32,000 bases of DNA from Flavobacteriaceae bacterium (GCA_965224465.1 OZ245049.1:3660001-3692000), one strand, 5' to 3'. Counted from the first letter of the stretch, positions 8,175-17,273 are shown. Notes: generated by a model from the sequence alone, not told the origin. Numbers and translations: made by a program.

Positions 8175-9124
8175 GTAAGCGTACGGTAAAGTACACCCTT
8201 GATTATTTATCAACAGGCTTCCAATTTTGAGGCAGTAACTCCGAAAGTTTATTAGCTTTATGTTCTGGTAATCTATTAAGGACATCACATAGCCACGTAT
8301 GTGGGTTTACGTTATTCTTTTTGCAAGTAGCAAAAAAGCTATAAAATAGAGCTATGTTTTGTGCGGATTCATGACTGCCAGCAAAGAGATAATTTTTTCT
8401 ACCAATAGCTAAAGGTCTTATGGCATTTTCTATATTATTGTTGTCTATTTCAAACCTGCCATCATCGATGTATCGTTTTAGGTTTTGCCATATTTTAAGA
8501 GTATAAGCAATTGCTTTTCCTATGGCACTTTTAGGCAGTACGTTTTTTCGCTCTTTTGTAAGATAAATTTCTATTCCGTCTAAAACAGGTGATGCATGTT
8601 TTTCTCTATATGCTTTAGTTTGCTCAATAGTTAATTCTTGTTCTTTTACTTTACGTTCTATCTTGTATAGTTTTTGAATTTCCAACAAAACAACATCCGC
8701 TCTTTTAGGATCATTATCCAGCGCCTTCTCAAAATACCGCCTAGCATGAGCCATGCAACCTAAAAGAGTAATTTCTCCTTTTGTTGTTAAGTTTTGGTAT
8801 GCAGCATACCCATCGGACTGTAGTGTCCCATTGAAATCTTTAAAAAACTCTTCTGGAACAACTTTTCCTCTCCCTTTATTGTATTCAAAAAGAACTAAAT
8901 TTTTAACAGGATTTCGATACACCCACATATACCCTCTGTGTGTTGATTTTTTCTTGTCTTTATCTAAAACCTTTAGAGGAGATTCGTCTGCTTGAATATA
9001 ATTGGCATTTTCTAAAAACTGAGCCTTAAATGTATCGTATAAAGGAGCGATAAGCTCCGAGCTTTTAGATACCCAGCCTCCAATTGTTGATTTACTTACT
9101 TTTAAATCTTGTCGTTTAAAAATT

Positions 9125-10249
9125 CTTAAATTCAACTAATAAACGCAACTTTTCGATTTGATTCTATGATGGTTATATTTTCAAAACAGAAAAGTAGGAA
9201 AACCTACCTTTCTTGTCTTGATGGATATGTATCTTACGGTCTCAAATCTCGAAAAAAGAAGTTGTATGAAACACATCACCCAAGCACAAAGATACACAAT
9301 TTGCTGCATGTTAAAACAAGGTTATAAACAGGTTGAGATAGCAGCTGCTATAGGAAAAGACAAGTCTGTTATTAGCAAAGAGATTAAGCGTAATTCAGAC
9401 AAAAGAAATGGAGTTTACAAGCATGAATTAGCCCAAAAAAAGTATGCTAAACGTCATAAAGAAAAGCCTAAAAGAAAACGCTTTACAGAAGATATTCAAC
9501 AAGCAATAGAATTGTTATTGCGAGACGATTATAGTCCTGAGCAAGTAGTTGGTATCCTAAAAAAACAAGGTAAAGAAACGGTGTCTATTGAGCGTATATA
9601 TCAGCATATTAGGGAAGACAAGAGGAATGATGGTGATTTACATACACACCTTCGCAGACAGGGAAGGAGATATAGAAAACGTGGCTCATCAAAGGATTCT
9701 AGAGGGGTTATAAAGAATCGCATTAGTATAGAACAACGACCTGAAGTTGTTGAACAAAGAAATCGATTTGGAGATTTAGAGGTCGATTTAATCATAGGTA
9801 AAAACCATAATCAAGCCATACTTACCGTAAATGATAGAGCTTCTGGAATGCTTAAAATGAAAAAAGTAAGCTCTAAAGAAGCAGTTGTTGTCACCAAAGC
9901 TATCAATGAAATATTAGAAGACTGGAAGCCTTATCTACATACTATAACAGCTGATAATGGAAAAGAATTTGCAGGCCATGAGCAGGTTGCAGAAAATTTA
10001 TGTATTGATTACTTTTTTGCGCATCCATATCACTCTTGGGAAAGAGGATCTAACGAAAATTTAAATGGTTTGATTAGACAATATTTTGCCAAAGGAAGTG
10101 ACTTTACAAACCTAACAGATCAAAGAATCAAAGAGGTAGAAACAAAATTAAATAACAGACCTAGGAAGAGACATAAATACGAAAACCCTATATTTGTAAT
10201 GGAACAATTATTATTTAACTAAAAGTTGCGTTTGTGACTTGAATTCAGC
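9125..10249 (+). mobile_element. IS30-family insertion sequence, copy B
   Basis: Collinear with 5120-6244 at a constant offset of 4005 nt. I saw no mismatch by eye, and the encoded 334-aa proteins are identical. 3-bp duplication ATT at 9122-9124 and 10250-10252. Inserted inside IS66 tnpC. Confidence 0.9.
9218..10222 (+). CDS. IS30-family transposase (identical to 5213-6217)
   Basis: Translation identical to the copy A transposase. Confidence 0.9.
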   Translation: MMDMYLTVSNLEKRSCMKHITQAQRYTICCMLKQGYKQVEIAAAIGKDKSVISKEIKRNSDKRNGVYKHELAQKKYAKRHKEKPKRKRFTEDIQQAIELLLRDDYSPEQVVGILKKQGKETVSIERIYQHIREDKRNDGDLHTHLRRQGRRYRKRGSSKDSRGVIKNRISIEQRPEVVEQRNRFGDLEVDLIIGKNHNQAILTVNDRASGMLKMKKVSSKEAVVVTKAINEILEDWKPYLHTITADNGKEFAGHEQVAENLCIDYFFAHPYHSWERGSNENLNGLIRQYFAKGSDFTNLTDQRIKEVETKLNNRPRKRHKYENPIFVMEQLLFN

Positions 10250-10424
10250 ATTTGAATTAATCTGTAAAGTGGTAAATGGTCTACAAATTTTGAAATAAGT
10301 ATAAAGGCCAATAAACTTGCTGATGCATTTCCTTTAGGTATCGGTAAGCTTGGTAATTCTGCTATAACAACGCCTTTTTCTTCCGGAAGTGCATATTTAG
10401 GTCTTACAATTCGTCTTACAAAAA

Positions 10425-11839
10425 GGTTGTGTAATTTAAACTCTGTCTGCTTGTTTTTTTCTACGTTTTAAAATAGTTCGATTTTCTCTTCATAAGGCTG
10501 CTTTAAAAATCGAACTATTTTAAAATGAGCCCCAGCGGCTAGCGTCACGAACTGCTTCCGTTTTTATGTAAATCCAACGTTATTCGATCTTCAAATTTAA
10601 TATATAATTGTTGAATTGTCAAGCACCAATTATGTAAAGGGTTTGTCCATTTTTTTTCGATATTTTTTGTTGCTAAGTAAACAAGCTTCAATAGTGCCAT
10701 ATCACTGGTAAAAGCCCCTTTTGTTTTAGTTACTTTTCTTACTTGTCTATGAAAACCTTCTACTGCATTTGTTGTGTAAATTATTTTTCTGATAGGTTCT
10801 GTATACTGAAAAAACTGAGATAACTCTTCCCAATTACGGTTCCAGCTTTCTAAAACTACAGGGTATTTTTCTCCCCATTTTTCTTCTAATTTCAATAACT
10901 CCAACTCAGCAATATCTTTATTAACTGCCTTGTAAACAAGCTTTAAATCTCGAATAAATTCTTTTTGATCTTTGGAAGCTATATACTTTAAAGAATTACG
11001 AATTTGATGAACAATACACTTTTGAATTTGTGTTTTAGGAAATACACTCAAGATAGCTTCTGAAAACCCTTTTAAGTTGTCTGTACAGGCAATTAGGATA
11101 TCCTTAAGCCCTCTGTTATTAAGGTCTGTCAATACTTGAAGCCAAAAATTTGCGCCTTCACTTTCTGAAATATACATTCCTAAAACCTCTTTTATCCCTT
11201 CTTTATTTACTCCTAAAACATTGTAAAGTGCTTTGTGTTGTATTTTACCGTCTACTTTTACCTTGTAATGCATAGCGTCAAGCCAAACAATGCAGTACAT
11301 CTGTTCTACTGGACGACTTTGCCATTGTTTTATATCGGGTATGATCTTATCTGTAATTTGACTTAAAACAGTGTGTGATATATCTGTATCATACATCTCT
11401 TTTATATGACCAGAAATATCGCGTAAGCTCATTCCTAAGCCATATAATCCAATGATCTTATCTGATAAATTATCTGCTAAAATGGTTTGACGCTTTTTTA
11501 TCAGAACAGGCTCGAAACTACTATTTCTATCCGCTGGCGTACTTATTTCAAAACTACCAATACTAGTTTTAACAGTCTTTTTGCCCTTTCCGTTACGTTT
11601 ATTCCCTTTAGAACGTTCCTCTTCACTAAGGTGTGATTCCATTTCTGCTTCCAATGCTTTCTCAAGAAATTGTTTCATTAAAGGAGCAAAGGCACCTTCT
11701 TTTCCGAATAAACTTTTTCCTGATAATAATTGATCCAATGCCTTTTTTTCAATGTTGGCTAACTCGTCTTTTGTCATGTTTTCTGTTTGAATAAAGTTAA
11801 TACTTTTTTTTATTCAGACAGAGTTGAGTTTACAGTCCC
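10425..11839 (-). mobile_element. IS256-family insertion sequence (1415 bp) inside IS66 tnpC
   Basis: Imperfect 25-bp terminal repeats (GGTTGTGTAATTTAAACTCTGTCTG at 10425; GGGACTGTAAACTCAACTCTGTCTG reverse-complemented at 11839; 19/25 match). 8-bp duplication TACAAAAA at 10417-10424 and 11840-11847. Removal restores ...PLSVFVRRIVRPKYA in tnpC. A 19-bp perfect hairpin (about 10467-10525) lies downstream of the transposase stop. Confidence 0.85.
10545..11777 (-). CDS. IS256-family (mutator-type) transposase
   Basis: 410 aa. Typical N-terminus (...LLSGKSLFGKEGAFAPLMKQFLEKALEAEMESHL...RNGKGKKTVKTSIGSFEISTPADRNSSFEPVLIKKRQ) and DDE core (VWLDAMHYKV...ACTDNLKGF...QKCIVHQIRNS...YTTNAVEGFHRQVRKVTK). 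Confidence 0.9.
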   Translation of the reverse strand: MTKDELANIEKKALDQLLSGKSLFGKEGAFAPLMKQFLEKALEAEMESHLSEEERSKGNKRNGKGKKTVKTSIGSFEISTPADRNSSFEPVLIKKRQTILADNLSDKIIGLYGLGMSLRDISGHIKEMYDTDISHTVLSQITDKIIPDIKQWQSRPVEQMYCIVWLDAMHYKVKVDGKIQHKALYNVLGVNKEGIKEVLGMYISESEGANFWLQVLTDLNNRGLKDILIACTDNLKGFSEAILSVFPKTQIQKCIVHQIRNSLKYIASKDQKEFIRDLKLVYKAVNKDIAELELLKLEEKWGEKYPVVLESWNRNWEELSQFFQYTEPIRKIIYTTNAVEGFHRQVRKVTKTKGAFTSDMALLKLVYLATKNIEKKWTNPLHNWCLTIQQLYIKFEDRITLDLHKNGSSS

Positions 11840-12300
11840 TACAAAAACGGAAAGAGGCGTTATTTCTAAAAGCTCTGTAACTTCTTCTCCTATTTTTACA
11901 GCTCCTTCTTCTATGTGCTTAGGCTCTATAATCTCTTCTACTCGCGGAAAATGCGCAGGTATAGAAGAGCGAACAGGTTTTTTCTTTCCTTTCTTCTTTT
12001 GTTTTCTTTCGTAGATTACAATATGTTTTTTGTATGCCTCTTCTTTCTCAGCTATTATTTTTCCAAAAAGCGACAATTGACTTGTGTCAACAGGGATAAA
12101 ACGTTCGCTTTTAGACCCGAAAACCATTCTTTTAAGCTCCTCCGTATTGCTGCTTAATTTCAGCTAGTTCTTGAGCTGTTTTTTCAAGTTCAATCTTTAA
12201 AATTATAAGCTCTTTTTGTATGTCTATTGTATTGTTTTCCACACTATAAATATACGAAAAACAAGCCTAAATAGCAGGTAAAACCTACAGTTTTATTGAA

Positions 12301-12654
12301 TTATTTAGCCTCTAAATAACGTTCGTTTTTCTGAGTATTTATAATACTAATTCCGTCTAAAACCATAACCATTTGGGTATAACTCAAAACTACTAATCCA
12401 TCTTCAATGTCGTATTTTGGAAGCTCAAAAATACCTCGTTCCAATCGTTTATAATACAGTACAAATCCTCCAGGTCGCCAATGAAGAAGTTTTAGTTTAT
12501 TTTTTTGCTTATTGATAAATGCATAAACACTATCTCTATCTCGCTCTTGTTCCATGTGCTCACTAACTAATCCACTTAATCCATTAAATCCTTTTCGCAT
12601 ATCAACTGCAGATAAGTGATAATAATACGTGTGTTCTGTACCTAATCCTAACAT
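12301..12654 (-). CDS. tnpB: IS66-family accessory protein TnpB (Orf2)
   Basis: 117 aa with the conserved VDMRKGFNGLSGLV...VYAFINKQKNKLKLLHWRPGGFVLYYKRLERGIF pattern. Lies just inside the IS66 end and upstream of tnpC. Confidence 0.85.
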   Translation of the reverse strand: MLGLGTEHTYYYHLSAVDMRKGFNGLSGLVSEHMEQERDRDSVYAFINKQKNKLKLLHWRPGGFVLYYKRLERGIFELPKYDIEDGLVVLSYTQMVMVLDGISIINTQKNERYLEAK

Positions 12655-12781
12655 TTATATTTTCGTTTTTGTTTAGATGCAAAAATTAGATTATTTTTAA
12701 CTTCTTACAAGATGTAGTTCTCCGTACGCTTACGCTGAAAAGTGTAAGGGTGGACAAAGTAATTAGGGACGATTGCCAAAG

Positions 12782-12820
12782 AAAAAACCTGTATTTCATA
12801 GTTGAAATGCAGGTTTTTTT
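12782..12820. terminator. Bidirectional rho-independent terminator-like hairpin
   Basis: A-run, stem CCTGTATTTC / GAAATGCAGG (one G-U pair), 6-nt loop, T-run. Near-copy of the hairpin at 17976-18015. Confidence 0.6.
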
Positions 12821-13039
12821 AGTTCGTAGCTTGACAAGGATGTATTGATGTTTACCTGTTTTTCGTTTCGTTTTCTATTGCATTGCCATGTATGATTCTC
12901 AACCTCTTATTTTTTGTTTTTTTAGATGTAATTTGTAGGGTTTTAAGCAGGAATGGTGGTTTTTACCGAAAGCTATTAATTTTTTTTAGCTAATGTAAGT
13001 CTTGTTTCTACAATAATTGAACATAGAAATAATGTGTTA

Positions 13040-13156
13040 TATCAATTACAATCCAAAAAGACAGATATTGTAGTTTGTTTTACGTGTTAGCGTTGTTGAA
13101 AAATAGAACAAAAAATAATTCTATTTCTAAACCGTCACTTGGAAATGTATTTGGTA
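13040..13156 (+). repeat. ~117-bp repeat element bounded by inverted repeats (MITE-like), canonical copy
   Basis: Starts TATCAATTACAATCCAAAAAGACAG and ends ACCGTCACTTGGAAATGTATTTGGTA; the ends are imperfect inverted repeats of each other. A 41-nt block (GAACAAAAAATAATTCTATTTCTAAACCGTCACTTGGAAAT) is identical to 30286-30326. Related copies at 18108-18214, 30067-30387 and 30928-30991. Confidence 0.75.
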
Positions 13157-13544
13157 GTAAACCTTCAGTAGAAAAGCCTTTTTTTATGAATTACGGAGTT
13201 TGTTTGTAAGTTTATTGAGTGCTAATATGCTTAAAAAGTGCTTATACGGCGTAAAAATGAGTGAAAACTTTTTAATTTTTCTTTTATCTCTTGATTTTTT
13301 GTAATATATTCGCTTCTTAATGTGTTATGTGCTTTACGTGTGTAATGCTTGTATGTTTCTAATAATGAGTATTTTAATGCTATTATTAGCTGTTTATTTT
13401 TGATTAACCCCGATAAAAAAGACTTTGAAATTTGAGCTGTTTAGCCATAAATTAACGTTTATGCGTTGGATTTGGCATACTATCAATAAAAAGTCGTAAT
13501 TATTTTAACATATTGAAGATTTTCAATATTAATAAGTATAAATT

Positions 13545-16500
13545 ATGAAAAAAAAGTATCTAATTTCTTATTTACTTCTTATGAGTATGCATGTTGTACT
13601 CTTAGCGAAGCCTATTTACAAGAATAATCATGTAGGTCCTTATTGCGATGTCCCTGTTGTAAATGAGAGTAAAACTAAGGGAGATTCATTAATAGTGGCG
13701 GCTGCAAATAATTCGTTTCTAATAGCGTCTCATGGATTTAGTTTAAAGGCACCAGAAGAAACATCATGTAGTTTGCCTGTTTGGTATGAGAAAAGAGACT
13801 ATTCAGTAAATTATTATGTCAGTTATAATAATAAAGTATACCAGTCCAACGGATGGATTGGGAATTCTGAGGCTGCTCCACCCAGTAATACAAAATGGAC
13901 TTTGATAGGAGATTGTACTCTAAAGGTTGTACCTCTAACAACAGACTGTGACTCAGCTAAAACGTGGAATGAAAAAGAGAAAAATTACAATGCCTCAGAC
14001 AAGGTAATGTATAATAATGGCTTGTATAAAGCAAAGTATTGGGTTGCAGGAAGTGACCGCCCAGATAAGTCTGAAGCGTATGACTTTATAGGGGTCTGTG
14101 TAACGCCTCCTGAGATAACATCAACTTACAGCAATGCCACAACTATTGTGCAAAGTAGCATTCAAAATGTTCTAATAAGTGCAAAAATTTTAGACTTTGG
14201 TTTTTCTCCCTTGGCAGTGGATTTTATGGTAAAAGAAAAAGGAGCATCTACATATACAAAACATTCCATGAAGAATTCTTCGGGTGATTTATATACCTTT
14301 AGTTGGACGCCATCCTCGTATGGAGATTTTGAGATTATTATTAAAGCGACCAACTTGGTAGATGTTTCTTCTGAAATGATTTCATCTATAAAAATTGCAT
14401 TGAGTACGCCTCCAATAGTACGTTTAGTAGAGCCTAAAGACAATTCAAAATTTATTCAATTAAATTTTGAGCCCATAGAAATTGTGTTTACAGCTTCTAA
14501 GACCGCAAAAAAAATATCAAAAATATGGGTTAAGGACATCACAGCTTCTACATCTAATACAATTTCAGTAGCTCAAAAAGATCAATATTCATATCAATGG
14601 ACTCCCAAAAGTTATGGAAAAAATATTTTAGAGCTTGTAGTGGAAGATGTTTTAGGGACATCTACAACCGTTAGTTTTTCATATATGCTTGTGGATCCAT
14701 CAAAAGAAACAGTTTCATTTACCTCTTTGCCTAATCAGATAAAAGGTATAAAAGGTGTCACTAAAGTATTTACTTTTGATGAAAAAATCACAAAAGTATT
14801 GAGTAGAAGGGTCGATTTATGTAACCTATCATTCTCAGGAAATACACTTACGGTTTCAAATCCAATAGAAGGAAGAACGGGACTTGAAATTACAACGGAT
14901 AAGGGTTCTTATTATGTTGGATTAAGAATTGATAAAAAAAACGGAGAGGTAGCAGAGCTTCCTGGGTATCTATCTTTAGGCTCGGTTTCAGAAGATATTG
15001 GTGGTGATATTAAGTTTTGGAGAGACCTAGATAATACCAATCTTTTGAAAAATAAAAGAATGGATATCAGATATATTTATGTGAATGGAGGTCCGTTAAT
15101 AGGGTGGAATACCTGGCAGCCTGATAGGGTTACAAAGTTTACAAGAAACAGCCTTAAGTTAGGGATTATACCTTTATTTGTTTTTTATAATATTCCAGAT
15201 GGGGGTGAATCATATACTACCAATAAAGGACATATTGAAAACCCAACGTATATGAAAGCTTATTTTAAGAATTTAACATTGTTTTTTGATCATGTAAAAC
15301 AAGAGGTGGGAGATGAAATGTTTATGGTTATTTTAGAACCTGACTTTTTGGGGTATATGCAACAAAATAATCAGACTGCAAGCATGCCTACTTCCGTAGG
15401 CTTAAATTCAATTGGAAATAATGCAGGGACACTTCAAACGCTGGTACAGCGAATAAACATGGAGATTAATAACAGAAGGGAAAAAGATAATTTGAACTTT
15501 GTGTATGGTTGGCAATATAATTTATGGGCTAAAGGAGGTGTTTCTGGAGCTAAGGGGATTGTGAGAGAAACGGATACCGGAGATTTCGCAACTAAGCTGG
15601 CGAAAATAAAACAAACAGGTGCTGATATTACCAAATACGGTATGGAACTAGGTACCTTGAGCCATGATGCGGATTTTATTTCAATAGATAAATATGGATT
15701 AGATGCATTAGGAGCTCCAAGTGGAAAGAAAGATCCTGATGGTTATACATGGTTTTGGAACAACGATCACTGGTTGAATTACTTAGCAATGGTAAAATCA
15801 ATGTCGGAAACGGCGAACAAGCATGTGATCCTTTGGCAATTGCCTGTAGGGCATATTAATGGAAGTCAAGCTGTTTCTGAGTATACGGGAGCACCTTTCC
15901 CTCTATTTACTAATAAATCCAAACATTATGAGGATTCAGCATCTACGTTCTTTTTTGGTGATGAAGTAGATTTTAGTAATAATACAGATAGATTCAGTTA
16001 CTTTTCGCAAAATAAACATAAAGACCCAAAACTTAAGGTTGATGCAGGAACGAAACATGTAACGTTTGGAGACCATTTTGCAGAAGCCAATAAGTCTGGT
16101 GTACGAATAGTACTAATGGGTGCAGGAGTTGGAGATAGTACAGATGGAGTAGGAGCTCCTCCTACAGATGATTATTATTGGATTCAAAAAGTCCAAAGAT
16201 ATTATACAGGACAATTGACAACAGATAAAGTTGATGCAGATAAAGATGGAGTGTTTGACAATTTAGATAAATGTCCCAATACACCAAGTGGAGAAAAGGT
16301 AGATTCCAAAGGCTGCTCTGATGGTCAGTTGGATGATGATAATGACGGTGTTCCAAACAGTATTGACGATTGCCCTAATACTTTGATTGGGGTAACGGTG
16401 AACAAAAAAGGATGTGTGGATAATCAACAGGATTCGGATAATGATGGTGTTTTAAATGCTTCTGATCAATACCCAAATACACCTAATGGAGCCGTAGTAG

Positions 16501-17273
16501 ATGGGAATGGTGGTGTCATTTTAAGCGGGAATACGTTTAGCCTTTCACAAACAGGTCTTACCTGCCCTAATAAAAATAACGGGACCATAACACTTACAAA
16601 TGCATCTCCGTATCTTTTTGATGTTCAATTTTCAAGTCCAAATAAACCTGCTATTACTATAGAAGATGCGCTTGAAGCCAAAGGGAGTCATACAATTACA
16701 AATTTACCTCCTGGTGAATATCGTTTTACTATGAAGTTTGATAAGAATTTGGGAATCGATATAGGTGAGTATGTTGTTAAGGTTGCAGATGCTGCTAAAA
16801 TATCAGGAAAGGTATTAGAAACCGACAAAGCAAGTAAAACAACCACTGTAAAAGTAAAAAATGCGAAGGTTTATCATGTAAAGGTAAACGGGAATTACCT
16901 TAAAACAGTAACGTTTAAAACTATTGATAGTCATCAAATTGTAGTTCCATTAAGTGTAGGTGACAACCATGTTAATATTAGTACAGATGCTACATGTAGA
17001 GGATCTGTGGATACATGGATTACAATTGCTGGTTCTGTTGAGTTTTATCCAAATCCAACGGTAGGGGACGTATTTATTCGAGGCTTAAAACCAGGGATGA
17101 TTCATATAAAAATTGTTACCTTAAGTGGGCAAGTAGTTAAAACAATAAGCAAACAATCAGCCGATGGTACGTTGCAACTTTCAGTAGCGCATTTACATGA
17201 TGGTGTGTATATTGTACATCTTTCTGGTTCAGAAAATAAAAACATATTACCTTTTAAAATTGTTAAAAAATGA
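13545..17273 (+). CDS. T9SS-sorted multidomain secreted protein: two CBM5/12-like modules, Ig-like repeats, central putative glycoside-hydrolase-like domain, three thrombospondin type-3 calcium-binding repeats, C-terminal Por sorting domain
   Basis: Signal peptide. Aromatic chitin-binding-type modules (WYEKRDYSVNYYVSYNNKVYQSNGW; WNEKEKNYNASDKVMYNNGLYKAKYW). TSP3 repeats (DADKDGVFDNLDKCPNTP, DDDNDGVPNSIDDCPNT, DSDNDGVLNASDQYPNTP). Last ~80 aa (FYPNPTVGDVFIRGL...LHDGVYIVHL...FKIVKK) fit the type A T9SS C-terminal domain. The central region carries motifs in GH6-like order (see finding). Confidence 0.8.
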   Translation: MKKKYLISYLLLMSMHVVLLAKPIYKNNHVGPYCDVPVVNESKTKGDSLIVAAANNSFLIASHGFSLKAPEETSCSLPVWYEKRDYSVNYYVSYNNKVYQSNGWIGNSEAAPPSNTKWTLIGDCTLKVVPLTTDCDSAKTWNEKEKNYNASDKVMYNNGLYKAKYWVAGSDRPDKSEAYDFIGVCVTPPEITSTYSNATTIVQSSIQNVLISAKILDFGFSPLAVDFMVKEKGASTYTKHSMKNSSGDLYTFSWTPSSYGDFEIIIKATNLVDVSSEMISSIKIALSTPPIVRLVEPKDNSKFIQLNFEPIEIVFTASKTAKKISKIWVKDITASTSNTISVAQKDQYSYQWTPKSYGKNILELVVEDVLGTSTTVSFSYMLVDPSKETVSFTSLPNQIKGIKGVTKVFTFDEKITKVLSRRVDLCNLSFSGNTLTVSNPIEGRTGLEITTDKGSYYVGLRIDKKNGEVAELPGYLSLGSVSEDIGGDIKFWRDLDNTNLLKNKRMDIRYIYVNGGPLIGWNTWQPDRVTKFTRNSLKLGIIPLFVFYNIPDGGESYTTNKGHIENPTYMKAYFKNLTLFFDHVKQEVGDEMFMVILEPDFLGYMQQNNQTASMPTSVGLNSIGNNAGTLQTLVQRINMEINNRREKDNLNFVYGWQYNLWAKGGVSGAKGIVRETDTGDFATKLAKIKQTGADITKYGMELGTLSHDADFISIDKYGLDALGAPSGKKDPDGYTWFWNNDHWLNYLAMVKSMSETANKHVILWQLPVGHINGSQAVSEYTGAPFPLFTNKSKHYEDSASTFFFGDEVDFSNNTDRFSYFSQNKHKDPKLKVDAGTKHVTFGDHFAEANKSGVRIVLMGAGVGDSTDGVGAPPTDDYYWIQKVQRYYTGQLTTDKVDADKDGVFDNLDKCPNTPSGEKVDSKGCSDGQLDDDNDGVPNSIDDCPNTLIGVTVNKKGCVDNQQDSDNDGVLNASDQYPNTPNGAVVDGNGGVILSGNTFSLSQTGLTCPNKNNGTITLTNASPYLFDVQFSSPNKPAITIEDALEAKGSHTITNLPPGEYRFTMKFDKNLGIDIGEYVVKVADAAKISGKVLETDKASKTTTVKVKNAKVYHVKVNGNYLKTVTFKTIDSHQIVVPLSVGDNHVNISTDATCRGSVDTWITIAGSVEFYPNPTVGDVFIRGLKPGMIHIKIVTLSGQVVKTISKQSADGTLQLSVAHLHDGVYIVHLSGSENKNILPFKIVKK

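Larger units (their letters stand above)
8203..12242 (-). pseudogene. IS66-family transposase TnpC, in three pieces (12242-11840, 10424-10250, 9124-8203)
   Basis: N-terminal FGSKSERF...IGEEVTELLEITPLSVFV, middle RRIVRPKYALPEEKGVVIAELPSLPIPKGNASASLLAFILISKFVDHLPLYRLIQ, and C-terminal IFKRQDLKVSKSTIGGWV...ADESPLKVLD...GYMWVY...LQSDGYAAYQ...CMAHARRYF. Both junctions read through in frame once the inserts are removed. One extra G near 12137-12144 separates the leucine-zipper start (VENNTIDIQKEL...AEIKQQY) from EELKRMVFGSKSERF. Confidence 0.8.
8175..12733 (-). mobile_element. IS66-family element (tnpB + tnpC) carrying nested IS30 and IS256 insertions
   Basis: Terminal inverted repeats begin GTAAGCGTACGG at 8175-8186 and, reverse-complemented, at 12733-12722, continuing imperfectly to about 23 bp. 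Minus the two nested elements and their duplications the element is about 2.0 kb. No matching 8-bp duplication flanks it (AATTATTT on the left, GCTGAAAA on the right). Confidence 0.8.

Noticed and set aside
11810-12127. 105-aa ORF as a complete small protein
   Set aside because: It is the N-terminal piece of IS66 tnpC. Its last residues (NSTLSE) and its stop are supplied by the IS256 terminal repeat beginning at 11839.
12137-12144. Programmed frameshift in IS66 tnpC
   Set aside because: The shift is explained by a single extra G (TACGGAGGAGCT versus expected TACGAGGAGCTT). There is no slippery heptamer, and the gene is already destroyed by two insertions, so this is a simple mutation.
11787-12157. 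Plus-strand ORFs 11787-12014 and 11915-12157
   Set aside because: They are low-complexity translations antisense to the IS66 tnpC fragment, with no family resemblance. I treat them as shadow ORFs.
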